The notes beneath the pieces are model-generated. The model had not been told where the DNA came from. It saw nothing but the letters and a program-made list of their open reading frames with translations, and did not search any database. From contig JAHRHZ010000016.1 of the NCBI GenBank assembly GCA_024137785.1, positions 24,703,926 through 24,767,925 of the forward strand: DNA of 64,000 bases. The letters run 5' to 3'. Below are positions 12,451-25,530 of this stretch, piece after piece; the stretch's first letter is position 1; each line of letters begins with the position of its first letter. This stretch comes from Ginglymostoma cirratum. Its lineage: Eukaryota. A program made the translations under genes and the position numbers.

Positions 12451-15400
12451 CTCACCACATGCCCGAAAACTAATTCAAATGGACTGAATTTGGTGAATTA
12501 ATTTGGTCCAGCCCTAACTTTATCCTAATCCTCTGGACAGTCTTGACTCTAAGCCCTCATCATGGTCTTTAAAGTTTAATGCCACCGTTCAAATGCTCCC
12601 TGCGATAATGCACAGTGCATACAAATTGTTTTATTCCTAAGTTATCCATTACTTTTCTGAATAATTTTGATATAAAATTTGACCCTTAATCCAACTGAAT
12701 GTCTGTGGGCAGTCTGTATCTCATGAAAAATTTGTGTAAGTTTTCTACAATCCTTTCAGCTGTGAAACTGCATAATGGAATGGCCTCTGGAAATCTAGAG
12801 GACACATTCATTATGGTCAACAAATACTGATTGCCACTTTTTGTTTCAGGTAGGGGTCTTACACAATCAATTAAGACCCTTGTAAATCATTCCCCAAATG
12901 TGGGAATGGGTATTAAAGGTGCTGATTTTATCACCGCCTGAGGTTTTCCAATTACCTGACACTTCTGACAAGTCTGGCAAAATGCAACTACATCCTACAC
13001 AGTCCAAGCCAGTCAAAATGATTTTATATTTTGGCTTGAGTTTTCCTTACTCCCAAATGACCTTCTACTGGTAATTCATGTGCTACCCACAACACTTCCT
13101 TTCTTTAATGGTAATACAACTTGATAAACTTAATTCATTTATCATCTGCCTGAATATGTGATGCTCTGCATTTCCTCATCAAGATATCATTTTTAAGACA
13201 GTAACATTCTGGGATATTCTTCTTCTGTGCATGCTTTTTGATACAACTGCTTCAGTTTTTCATCTTTCTGTTGTGACTTAATTAATTTCTCTTAACTAAC
13301 AATATCCACTTTGTCCTCCACCTGTTTTTGTTTTTCTCAACTACTTGATCACACATGGTCTTTGATAATTGTACTTCAATTTCTTTTTTCTTTGATTACT
13401 CCTCCTGCTTCAACCTGTGACTTTGTGACCTTGTCAACACGCCACCAGGAAACATCCCAGGATATACTTGTTGTAATACCCCAGTTGCCTGATTTTCCAC
13501 TGGGTTTTCAATGACATTAGGCAGAACTCCCACCTGTGATCCAGCTATATCATTACCAAGGACAAATTGTATTCCTAGAGCTGAGAGTTCCTCCAGTACT
13601 CCTAACAGCACTTCTCCAATTTTCAACGAACACTCCAACCTCACTTTACATAATACAGCACCTCTTGTCTCATCATGCATTACACATATTACCATCTTTT
13701 CTGGTAATGGTCGTTCTGAATTACATACTTCCTCATCTCTCACCATCAATGACTAACATGTTCCTGTATCTCTTAAAATTGTAATTTCTTTACCCACTCC
13801 TTCTGGCATATGTGTATAAACCTTATCCCCATCAAGTAAATTGTTTAAGCAGATTTGACACTTTCTTCTCAATCAACCCCTGACCAGGTTGTACATTCTG
13901 GTGCAGCTTTTTAGCTTCGACTGTGCTTTCCTTTACCACTTCAACAAAATTCACTGGGTCATTCTGTTTTCCCACATCCGTCTTCCCAGTGCTTTTTCTA
14001 AACCACCAACAGTGTCACTTCATGTGGCCTACTTTACTGCAGTGATAACACCTGAGCTTTTTTTTCACTTCTTTTTCCTCCTCATGGGTTTCCTGTTTAC
14101 CCTGTGGTAAACTATCTTTAATGAGATCTTCTTTACCCTTACCATTCCAATTTCTATCTGTCACAGATCGAAATTGATGTCAGAAGCCAAACATTGATTT
14201 ATAAACCAACTCATAATCAACTGGCCATTTCAGCTGTGAATCTTGCTGATTTAACTCTGTGCTCTTCCACACGAGTTCTCACTTCTTCAGAAGTGAATTT
14301 TTGAACTCCTCCAAAATAATCTATAACCGCATCGTATGTTTGATCTACTTTCAATGCCCTTATCCATCTACAAAATTACTTATTTTTTGATCCTTTCAAA
14401 TTCAAATGTATGTTTGACTAGGGTCCCCCCTTAAATTCCTGAAGCATTGTCTGTAGGCTTCTGGCACTAGTTCGTATGCACTTAAGATGGCATTTTTCAT
14501 CTTCTCATACTCCCCAGATACCTCCTCTGATAGTGATGCAAATACTTCACTAGCTTTACCTACAAATTTTGTTTGGATCAACAATACCCTCATGGTCACC
14601 AATCATTTCATTTTTTTAGCTACTTTCTCAAATGAAGTGGTAAAGGCTTCCACATCTTTCTCGTTGACTTTAGGCAAAGCTTGGACATATTTAAACAGAT
14701 TCCCACCAGGCCTTTGGCTATGATGGGATTGCAGTCCATCACAATCCTCCTCACTAAGCCAACCTTCTACCTTCACCTCTGCCCTTTAAGTCGACTCTCC
14801 TCTCTAAGTGTCAATATCTGAAGTTCAAACTCGCTCTCTTTCTGCTTTTCTTCTCTCTTTTTTTCTCTTTCTTTGCTAGGGCCTTCCTCTCCTTTTTATC
14901 GTAATCCAAACTGTTTCATTTGCTTTTCTCCTTCTTTTGTCTCTAATTCAAGCTGCTTCATTTGCAATTGAATTTTAGCCATTTCTAAAAATACCAATGG
15001 CATTTCCAGTAATTTTAAATGCTGCTCAATTGCACAGCTATCTACCCTTTCCTTGCAGACACCAGCAACCCCAACACCAGCTTCTTTGCCAATTCCAATA
15101 GCTTTGTCATGCTAAATTTTTGTACAACTTCCAAACTCACTTCTTCCCAGAAAACTTAGTGACTGAAAGAGCCATCACTAGACAAGGCACACCCTGTTTA
15201 ATCCAAATGAATTCAACACTTGCAGACTTTGAGTCCAATAATCCTAAGCCCAACATGGAATTGTAGATTTTGATCCCAACAAGAGCCCCCAATTTGTTAT
15301 GTACCAGACCAGATCTCGTCAAAATATTTTAAGAAGGTAGCCTAGACCCTAACTTTTCCTTATTTTAAAGGCAAGTGTAAAGTGTCTGTTCCCAATGCAA

Positions 15401-15955
15401 TGCGACTGGTCAAACTACTTGATGTTAAGCAAAACACAATTTATTTAAATACTGTAGTTAAAATACAGCCAAAGAAAGAGGAATTTGGAATAACAAATCC
15501 ATTGGAAACTTAACAGAATATAGACACAGTAACTATTACTAATTAACTGTTCCAATATTGTAACATCTCATAAACACAAACCGTTGGCAAAAAGTAAAAT
15601 TCAGACACAAATTCTTGCATGTAGTTCTCCAATCCAGAAGGAATAAACATCAATAGAAAATTCAGACAGAGTAGCAGCTAAGACACATTCACTGAAACTT
15701 TCAACTCTTTAGAGACCTCCAATAGCCTCTGCTTAAAGCTAAATCTAAGAACAACAACAAAAAAGAGTGCCCGGTCTGTGAGAGCTGGCCGCACCAAGGC
15801 TGCTTCCTTTGTTCCAACTTTTAAAAAAAAATCCCCAAGGCCTCTCAAGCTGTTTATTCAAGCGGTCTTCAGCAGCCAGCTCTGTGCCTCTGCCATGTAA
15901 CCTCTCTTCAAAAAAAAGGACAAAATAACCTCTTGAAAGCCACAGCATTGTCACA
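12451..15955 (-). mobile_element. Gmr1-like Gypsy element: 5' LTR, PBS, SCAN-type gag, CCHC knuckle, protease and integrase; 3'-truncated
   Basis: gag AILSAYELVPEAYRQCFRN (14402-14602), CYHCSKVGH knuckle (about 14010-14055), protease ILRDTG (about 13760-13785), integrase HHCC region (about 12960-13085) and core LIDCV.PLP.TKSGNQYLLTI...RFPEAIP (about 12780-12875). Confidence 0.9.
15295..15955 (-). repeat. 5' LTR (about 660 bp) of the Gmr1-like element, with a tRNA-Pro-like PBS at 15273-15291
   Basis: Minus strand runs TGTGACA...ATAACA, followed after 3 nt by TGGGGGCTCTTGTTGGGAT. The canonical Pro PBS is TGGGGGCTCGTCCGGGAT. Confidence 0.8.
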
Positions 15956-16595
15956 TTGCTAATAACTATCATTTCTTATTGAAATAACTTTCAACAATAG
16001 TTCTGTAATGAACTGACTTTTTATCTTGTTTAAAGTATGAACACCATAAGAGCCTAGAAAAAAGCTTATATAAATTGTTAGTCTATAGACCACTCTGAGG
16101 ACAAGTCTGGTGCATAGTCATAACAATACATAATTTATAAATATCAGAGTTACAAAGTGATCCTGAATTCTGTCAGAAATTAAATTTTGAAACTACAAAA
16201 TGTTATTTTGCTTAGTGAAAAAAATAACTGGGGCTAGCCATATTTTTAAGATAATACACGTTACAGCAAGTTTCATTACTATGAAAGAAATGATGAATTT
16301 ACTACTTGAATCTGATGAAAATGGATGGAATCGAACGAAAATGAATGCGGTGGACTTTTTGGTCCACTTTCATTTTTCCAGCATATATCAAAATGTCATT
16401 AACCTAGAACATAGGACACCAATGTAATTTAGAGACAACTAGGTAGAGCATGTCACATGCAATTCATTCAGAGGTTCTAATAAGGATGTTAAAAATGAGT
16501 TTTGTAGGGTAGGGAAGAGTCTGGAAAGAACAAGGTACTCCTGAGAAGATAAATAAAATTAAAAAGATCGAGTACTATGTTATTACAACTTTTAC

Positions 16596-16871
16596 CTCAT
16601 AGCCTAATCGTGCTGCTTTCTGTAGCAGTGTTTCACCAGCATTCTTATTTACTATTAATTTTCGTGTTTCAGATTGCGACTGCTGGCCCGTGGATGTCTC
16701 TGCTTGAACACATGGTGACCGTGGCACTGTTGCATATTTTACAGGAGTAATTGAGGACGTCCGTTTTTTCCAGTGGGCTGAATGATCACATTGTTTCTTT
16801 GGTGATGGGCTCCAATCAGAATCGAGCACTAATGCTGAGCGTTTTACAGAGCGTTTTTGCCTTACTTTTAT
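16596..16871 (-). CDS. BCORL1: BCORL1 exon (276 nt, phase 0-0) ending in [21 protein letters not shown]
   Basis: Acceptor ttctactag|ATAAAA; donor GAG|gtaaaa. It ends in the conserved BCOR/BCORL1 motif that leads into the ankyrin repeats. Confidence 0.92.
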
Positions 16872-16997
16872 CTAGTAGAAGATAATTATTTAAAAGGTCA
16901 ATGGGACAAAGAAAATGATTTAATACCACAATCTTATCAAACAACTCAACTGAATGTCTTCTTTTTCATTGTGTATTTAACGTACAGGAAGATAGGG

Positions 16998-17333
16998 TAT
17001 GGTGGCTCAGGGGTTGACACTGCTGTCTCACAGCACCAGGGACCCAAGTTCGATTCCGGCCCTGGGTGACTGTTTGTGTGCAGTTTGCACATTCTCCGCA
17101 CGTCTGTGTGGGTTTCTTCCGGGTGCTTTGGTTTACTCCCACGGTCCAAAGATGTGTGAGTTAGGTGTATTGGCTATACTAAATTTTCCCTTACTGTTTA
17201 GTGATCTGCAGGCTAGGTGGGTTATCCATGGTAAATGCAGAGTTGTGGGGCTGGGTCTGGATGGGATGCTTTTGGAAGGGTAGGTGCAACTTGATGGGCC
17301 AAATGGCCTCTTTCCTCACTGTAGGGATTGTAT
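16998..17333 (+). mobile_element. HE1-type V-SINE, near full length
   Basis: tRNA head ggtggctcag...gttcgattcc, V-domain gtttgcacattctcc...gggtttc..ccgggtgct..ggttt.ctccca, and a CR1-like tail gatgggccaaatggcct...ctgtagggatt. Confidence 0.9.
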
Positions 17334-18403
17334 ATGTGCCTCATGGAATAAATGCAATCAGTTATAACTGGCTTTAATACTGAATCTACCATTTGATGAC
17401 TTTAAATAGCAGAATCATTACACAGATAACAATTAAAAAATAAAAGTGCAATTAAAATTCAAGGTCAAATAATTACACACTAACATACTTAACATTTGTT
17501 CACCAAGACTGTCCAGCAATAACAGGTCAAGACATTAAAATAGTGTAGTTTTATTTTATTAAGATGAAAAATCTATTCTTCAAATCAAATAAATAATTTG
17601 AAAACCTCATCCATCCTTTGTGATTCAGACTAAACTATTTCTCATGCTCTACTGGTGTCTGCCAATGTCTGTAAAATTCAGCCCACCTGCTGCCATATCC
17701 TATTTCAGATCAAGTGCAATCCATTCCTTACCACTGTCCTCTCTCACATGCTTTGCTTTCAGGTTCCCAAACATTTTAGAATCAAAATTCTATCCTTTTG
17801 TTTACATTGCATCATGGCCTTGCTTCTTCCCATCTCTCTAACATTATTCAGTCTAATAACCCAACTAACTCCCCATTTTTCTGACTCTGGTCTCTTATGC
17901 ATCGCCTATGCCCTTTATCCCATCATTGTGGATCTTCCTCCTTTAGTTGTTCTAATATCACTGTGGGATTCTGGGTGCTTTATACAGCTGAGAACTGTAT
18001 AGTATAATTCCAATGCGATCTGAAGAATAAAAATGAGCTGTTTTCACAGGTGCAGAAATATGCTACAGTAGGACTCAATTAGAACCTTCTTCACTCAAGT
18101 CCCAGTTTCATGTGATCTGACATTACTGAGATGTAGTCTAGCTAACAGTATATTGCTATTAATATTAGATAAAATATTAATTGCCTAGAACCAGAAGTTC
18201 TGCAATTCCTTCCTTAAACTGCTCTAACTCTCCATGCCCCTTTAGGATTCTTTCCAGAATTCATATCTTTGACCAAGCTTTTGGTTTGCCTTCCTAATTG
18301 GCCCAGCATCCATTTTTACTGATTGAACATCTGTAAAGCTGTTAAAGGGATTTTTTTCTACATTAGAAGCATCATACAATGAAAGCTGCTTTAAGTTTCT
18401 TAC

Positions 18404-18687
18404 CTTGTGTCTTCCTTGGCTGCTTGCACCTTCTTCTGGGGACTGGGGTCCGCTAATATGCTTTGTTTTACATTTACGTTTTCCTGATGGTTTTTCTGAC
18501 TGAAACTGGCTTGGAGATTCAGGTATGTGACTCAAGTTGAGAGACCCTGTGCTACGTGACTCTTTACGTTTTCGTAAACCTCCTGACACAGGAGTACTGT
18601 GTCTGACACTCAGATTCCAATCAGTACTGGGCAAATTGCCTGAAGGAGTAAGCCTCTTTCGCGGTGAAGTAGGAGGTGTCCATGTTC
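18404..18687 (-). CDS. BCORL1: BCORL1 exon (284 nt, phase 1 to 0) carrying the EKPSGKRKCKTKH motif
   Basis: Acceptor attttag|GAACA; donor CACAAG|gtaaga. EKPSGKRKCKTKH is characteristic of the BCOR family. Confidence 0.93.
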
Positions 18688-19559
18688 CTAAAATAAACAC
18701 TTCAATATAGTTAGCTTGACTCAACTCCAGCTCAGTTCTACATCCTTAAGCTTCTAAGAAATTGTCATCTAGTGAGGTTCCAGAATGCCTTAATTACAAT
18801 ACATGTTTGGCATCTGCATAACATGATTTTACATAGCACCAAATGTGCAGTGTGATGCCGTACATCACAGAATCTCCTGAACATTTAATATGATTACAAT
18901 CACCCTCACAATCAACAGGACTGAGGACAAGCATTGACCAATTGCACCACAGCAATTCATTAAGATTCCTCCAGCTCTACCATTTAGAGGGATAAGGGCA
19001 GCACGTGTATGAGAATGCCACCACGTGCGAGTTTCCCTCCAAATCATACAATATCTTGACCATATCCTGGAACTATACTACAATTCCTACAATATCACTG
19101 GATCAAAATCCTGGATATCTTCCCCAGGTGCTACAACACGAGACTACAGTAATTCAAAGCAGCAGTTCACAAATATTTTCTATAAGGCAACTAGCGATTG
19201 ACGACAATGCCACACCAAATGAAAGATTCTCTTTCAAAAAAAAATGCCTACAAGGTTCATGGCACCATTCTTAGTTAATCTAAAAGATGTTTATAGGTAG
19301 TATCAAACTGCAAAGCAATATTCTCAATATAGTGGTCAAGTGACAATACGCAGGCATCATTATGTCACAACAGAAATCCCCACATCTTCCTCCAGCAGTT
19401 TCCACTCCACTACCTCCTCCTCAAGTTGGATATGGAAATTCTATCTGCCCTTCTGCAAAAGAACCACTTGATTAAGGCAACTCAGTCAAATGAATAGAAC
19501 CTATAGGTGCCCCTGTATACAATACTGTTGTGGCCAAACCCTCAAAGTTTATGCTTGTA

Positions 19560-20930
19560 GTAATTTTGTGGCTTGAAGACAGGGATAGATGATTATTTGA
19601 CTATGTGGTGTGTCTGGGTATGTTTCATCAGGACAAATAAATCGCAGCTGAGAGGAAGTGGGTGATAGCAATAGACTCTATAGGCACCTAAGCATGAAAT
19701 AAGTAAAGTGAATGCTGATCCTCTAAAGGGTGGAAATAGGAAGGTAAATGGATAATAAAGAAATGGTAGATGTAATAAATAAATATTTTGCTTCTGTTCT
19801 TCATGACAGAGGATACAAAAACATCCCAGCAACAGCTGTAAATAAGGAGGTTGAAGGGAGAGAAGAACATGGTGACATTATATTCACTCAGGAAACCATA
19901 CTGAGCAAACTGATGGAGCTGAAGGTTAATAAGTCTTCTCCTCTTAAGAGACCTCATCCTAGGATCTTAAAAAGAGGTGGCTGATGAGGTGATAATTGCG
20001 ATGTGTGAATTTTCAAAAATTCATTGGATTCTGGAAAGGTACCGTCAGATTGGAAAATAGCAATCAAAGCCCCTCTATTCAAGAAGAAAGGAAGGAGAAA
20101 ACTGAAAACTATAAGCCAGTTAGCTCGATGTCTGTCATGGGAAAGATGTTAGAATCGATCATTAAGGAAGTCACAATTAGATTATATTTAAGTGTTGCAC
20201 TTAGAAAATCTCAAGATAGTCAGGAAGAGTCAGCCTGACTTTGTGAAAGGGAAATTGTATTGATTTAAAATTATTGCAATTCTTTAAAGGAGTAACATCC
20301 ACTTTGGATAAAGGAGAGCCCATTGATGTATATTGTAATTTCTGGCAGGCGTTTGACAGGTTCCACATAAATGGTTATTACACAAGTAGGAGCTATGGTG
20401 TAGGGGCTAACATACTAGCATGCATAGTAGACTGGCTGGCAAAAAACAGAATATGCTTAAAGCATCTTTTTCAGATTGGCAGGATGTGATGAATGTGCTG
20501 GACTCTCAACAAGGATACAGTCACTTGTAGATCAGATAAGTGATTGGGCAAAAATCTGGAAGATGAAGTATAATGTGGAAAAATGTAAAATTGTTCTTTT
20601 TGAATGAACATGAATGTTTATTCAGTTAGGTGAGTCCAGAACCAGGGGACACTTTTTTAATATTAGGGGACACCCTTTAAGGAGAAAAGCAAGGGAAATT
20701 GTATTCTCTTAGAGGGGTGCACCCTACCTCCAGAGGTGAAGGCAGGATTACTGAATACTGTTAAGGCTGGGGTAAACTGATTCAATTTCCTAAAAGGAAT
20801 CTAAGTCTAATGGGGGAATAGACAGGAATATGGAATTTGGAACACAAACAAGATTATCTCTGATCTTACTGAATGTTGGAGCAGATTTGAAGGGCCAAAT
20901 AGCCTACTTTGGCTGATTCACATGTTATCA
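19560..20930 (+). mobile_element. CR1 LINE ORF2 fragment, decayed
   Basis: INKYFASV, HPRILK, NYKPVSSMSVMGKMLESII and a CR1 3' tail. Confidence 0.85.
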
Positions 20931-22152
20931 AAACCGTGGATATAAAAGAAGACAGAATCCTTCAAAACAATACTTTTTACTTTCTTGTATGAGAAATATG
21001 CTTATATCAGTGGTTTAATTTTAATTTGTTCCAGTTTTGATATCATTATTCAACCTACGGAAGTATTCGTTCTAGGACAAAATAATTTGTTTTAGGCAGC
21101 ATCACATATTGAGTTGTATTTAATGAGACACCAAATTACCAGAAACCCTTGCTAAGAGAATGGTGGGAAGCTGACCCTACAAACTGATGGCTGCATGAAT
21201 TACTTTAAACAGTAGGAAATCCCACATACCTGAGCTGCTAGCCAATTAGATGACTGGCAGCTCTGTAGTTCCAGCAGTGTCCGATGGAAGTTTTAACCAG
21301 TACTAAGACTGCACGACAAGGGCCAGACTGGTAGGTATCTGCAGGGTGGTGAACTGCATTGGAGCCTGGGGTTTGACAAGTGGGACGGAGAGAAGGTAAT
21401 GTAACCTAGGGTGGAAGAGGTTGGCCTCCACGGGTTACAGGGCACTAAACAGCCTCAACAGGTTTAAAGGCAGGCCACCCAACACCTCCATTGAACTTCC
21501 CCTCACAACATTTCAGACAGGTCAGGGTGGGCAAGTAAGTGGCAGGAAGGCCACTGCCAGATTTTACAATGCTAACCCCAGACTGCCTTCAAATCTGGCT
21601 GTGGGAAAGCTTAAAACTCAGGACACTATGTCAATGATAGAATGCAATAAAAGTGCCTGAATACCATGTGGCAAATAGATAAAATTGTGTTTCCCCAAAC
21701 TTCTACAGAACTATAGAACCATACATCAAACTTAAAGTTCGGGTCAATGCACATGATTCATAAATTCTCAAATTTTCCACTGCCATATAATCTAATAAGC
21801 TGTGAAGTGCAACTGGCATATTTTGTGTGAATACTATTGAAATGCTTGCTGCAAACCTCACTTCTCTGCGAGCAGAGGGTGCTGAACTCCAAGGTTTCTC
21901 TGTATGGAGAAATAACTGACCTTCACATTTTTAGTAACTAGAATCGTTTCACTGCCAAAAAGACATCACAATGAATTCCCATGCTGGGTTTTGAATGGAC
22001 TACTGTGTGAGGAGTTGTTCACCAACAAAAGTTAGAAAACACAAGTTTTGAGAATTTGCCATCAGTCAGGATTAATAACATTCAAAACAGATTTTAAAAC
22101 ATACATTTCGTCAAGTGGTAAAACAGAATGCTCAAAAGATATTGAACTTTAC

Positions 22153-22572
22153 CTGTAGTAACAGCTTTCCGTGTCTTTATTCCTGTGCTATCTTGATTTT
22201 CCTCCCCTTTGTATAAAAGTACTTCAGAATCCTTCTCACTTTTGAATTTCTTCCTACTGGTTCTTATTTGCGTTTTGATGGCAGGGTTTCGTTTATTACT
22301 ACTTTTACAATTCCCATCAATCTCTGTTATACAACTCGAGTCAGGTGATTCCAAACTATTCTGTTCACCCACTTCAGTAATCGAGCTGCCAGTCCTTCCC
22401 ACCTCATTCTCTTCTTTGGTCCCTTTATTCCCCGTTGTAGACTGCTCCCAACTTCTTGAACTCTTCTTTGCTTTTACATTATCGTCCACTTCCTCATGCA
22501 TAAGCTGACCTTCTTCCAATGTACTGTCCGTCTGGTCGCAGGTCACATGTACTGATGAGACACAGAAACTTT
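22153..22572 (-). CDS. BCORL1: BCORL1 exon (420 nt, phase 1-1), charged low-complexity region with a basic patch
   Basis: Acceptor atttcag|AAAGT; donor ACAG|gtaaag. Open frame ESFCVSS...RTSRKKFK...KAVTT within the 163-aa ORF. Confidence 0.85.
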
Positions 22573-24164
22573 CTGAAATATACAAATTAAAAACTCCTTT
22601 GTAATGTATAAAACAATGTTAATCTTCCAGGTGTTTTAGAATATGATATTGCTGTAATCTGCAGCTGCAATGTCCAAATCATTTTCCTGTGATTTTGATG
22701 GTGACTTTTTACTTTGACCATGTCAAATGCCCATTAGGACAGTGTTAGTCGCTCACTGCATTGTTCTTGTTAATTAGCTATTGCTGCAACCTTAAAACCA
22801 ACATATAGATTGCACAGTGCCAATTTTCTCTCCTGCTGTCTGAACATGCCAGTTCTTGATCAGGTATGATTTCACAGGTACCAGCAGCCTTCAAACACCT
22901 TTTTCCAAATGTCCATGTGAACTTGGAAAGTTAATGGCAGGTATAAGAAAAGGCAGAGGGAAACCGGTTCTCTTGGGGCAAGATTATCAACTACCTGTAT
23001 TCTGGAGTTCGATTTGGCCCCATTGGGAGTCAGGACCAAGCACTGTCTTTGGATTAGCAGCCACAGTACAGCTGGACTAAGTTGTACAGACATAATCCAA
23101 CTCTTAATTCAAAAGTCAAAAAGTCTGTCTTTTCCATTAGGTTCTCAGTATGTATGCTTACATTAGAAATTATTAATGTACATTTGTAACATTGTAGTTA
23201 CGTCTTTGCAACAATTTAACTTTCTAAATTGATTCAGAATGTCTCCAATGAGTAATGTCAAGGATGGATTTCAGTACCAGTAGGCTAGGTAAGTAGATTG
23301 TATGAGCCAACAATTAGTTGATTGACTCAAGCAGCATGTTCCTTTGGTTGTTGGTAACAGGCAGAAAACAGACTGTACTCAGTCATCCCTTACAGAATCC
23401 AAAACGAAACTGATTCTGCTATTGGGCTGAACAATCCAGTGTGCTAATAACCACACTAACAATCAATTTAAGATAATCAGCCAAGCTCATAACATGGTTC
23501 ATTTACACTTGCTAGAAATGTCGTACTTTCGGATATATTCCTTTAGTTTGCAGAGATTATAAAAATGGTTGCATCTTTTTTTGAATTACCCGGAAGAACC
23601 TATGGTTCTTTTTTCATTGTTTTTTCCATAGCAATGCTATGCTTCAGCCAATCAATCATCGAGTAAATCAATCAGCAGTCTGATCTCTTGTAGTACGAAT
23701 TGTTGTGATTGTTTGATTTGTCATTCTTGCCTTTGTCCTCATTAATGCAAGATAAAATAATTCCAGGAACATGTCATTCTTATCAGTAATATTCACGATG
23801 TTTTAGCTACACGTTTCAGTGATTACCATATTCAGACACCCCGCTCCCCACATTTCAGTAAAATCAGGTCAGTGGATAACTGCTACCTCATCTTGCATCC
23901 ACAATGTAACCCTTAGTGTTTCCAAAGGTTAATCACCCTTGCTGAAATCTGTTTTCTTTACTGCTATAATTAAATATTTTAATTAAAATATTTCTCCTGG
24001 TCCTGCTCAGGTGTAGACTAGCCAGCTTGTACAGGTACCACCATCCCTAAAAGAGGTCCCATTGATGCAGAAATCTGATGCCCACCCTGCTACACCAGCT
24101 ACTCAGTCACATAGTCAATCACTCAATTCTCCTCCTATCCCACTTACAATCATATAATACTTTA

Positions 24165-25530
24165 AAAAAAAGGGTGGTAGAAATAGACTAGAAAACTATA
24201 GACTGACCGGTGAGTTTAACATCAGTGGTAGGGAAATTATTGGAGAAAATCAATAGCAAAGGAGTAAATCTCCACTTAAAACAGCATGGTTTGATCAGGG
24301 ATACACAGCATGGCCCTGTCAGAGACAGACTGTGCCCGACAAATCTGGTGCAATTTTTCAAGGAGGTAACCTCGTGTTTGGATGAGGTTAGGGCATTTGA
24401 CATGGTTTATATGGATTTCAGCAAGGCCTCTGACAAGGTCCCACATGGGAACCTGATAAAGAAAGTATAAGGTCATGGGATCCAGGCTAACTAGTCAAGA
24501 CAGATCCAAAACTGTCCTAGGTGACAGAAGACAGGAGTTTGGCGAATCCTATGTTGGTGTGTCTGCAGATTCATTAGTGAGCTGGCTCAGGACTCAGGGC
24601 TCATGGCAGAGGTGGCTGAATGAAGACAGACTCTTTTTATATCCTTTTTATTCTTAGACTATTCAAAATGGTGCCAGATTGTGGGGACATCTCAAGCTTT
24701 ACACTGTACAGTACTGTACTGTTCATTGTAAGATACAAGTGACAATAGATCATTCAATTCAATTCAATTCAATTCAAAGCTGTCTGTGTGACTGGAGGCC
24801 TGGTGTGTAGTGATGTACGAAAGGGATCAGTGCTGGCTCCCTTATTGTTTGTGATATTCAAAAATGATGTAGATGAGAATGTGGAAAGGATGCAAAGCAA
24901 GTCTGCAGATGACACAAAGATTGGCTGGGTTGTTCACAGTGAAGAGGAAGGTGTTAGGTTACAAGAAGATATAAACAAATTGGTCAGATGAGATCAGTGA
25001 GAGATGCAATTTAACCTTGATAAATGTGAGATGATGCACTTTGGAAGAAGAAACAAAACAAGGGAGCACTCAGTGAATAGCAAGATATTAGGAGTTCAGA
25101 GGAACATTAGGATCTTGTGGTGCTTGTTCACAGATCATTGAAGGTGCAGACGGGTTAATAGGATAGTTAAGAAGGCAGCAGGGTTTTAATCAATCAGTCG
25201 AGGCGTAGATTTTAAGAGCAGGGAAGTCATGCTGGAGCTGTACAGAACTTTGGTTAGGCAACAGCTGCAGTACTGTGTGCAGTTCCAGTCACCACACTAC
25301 AGGGAGGATGTGAATGCACTGGGAGGGGGCGGAAAGGAGATTCAACAGGATGTTGCCTGGGATAGAGCACTTTAGCTATGAAGAAAGGCTAGATAAGCTT
25401 AGGTTGTTTTCTTTGCAGCAGAGAAAGTTGAGGGGTCCTAATAGAGGTGTGTAAAATTACGAGGGGCACAGACAGAGTGAATAGAAAGCAGCTATTCCCT
25501 TAGTTCAAAGGTCAATAATAGGGGGCATCG
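24165..25530 (+). mobile_element. CR1 LINE RT fragment with an insert of about 250 bp at 24535-24778
   Basis: SLTSVVGKLLE, VYMDFSKASDKVPH, GSVLAPLLFVIF and ADDTKIG motifs. Confidence 0.9.

Noticed and set aside
16998-17065. tRNA gene
   Set aside because: The A/B-box-like sequence is the head of an HE1 SINE. The same applies to the Deu-type SINE heads at 2423, 12258 and 27365.
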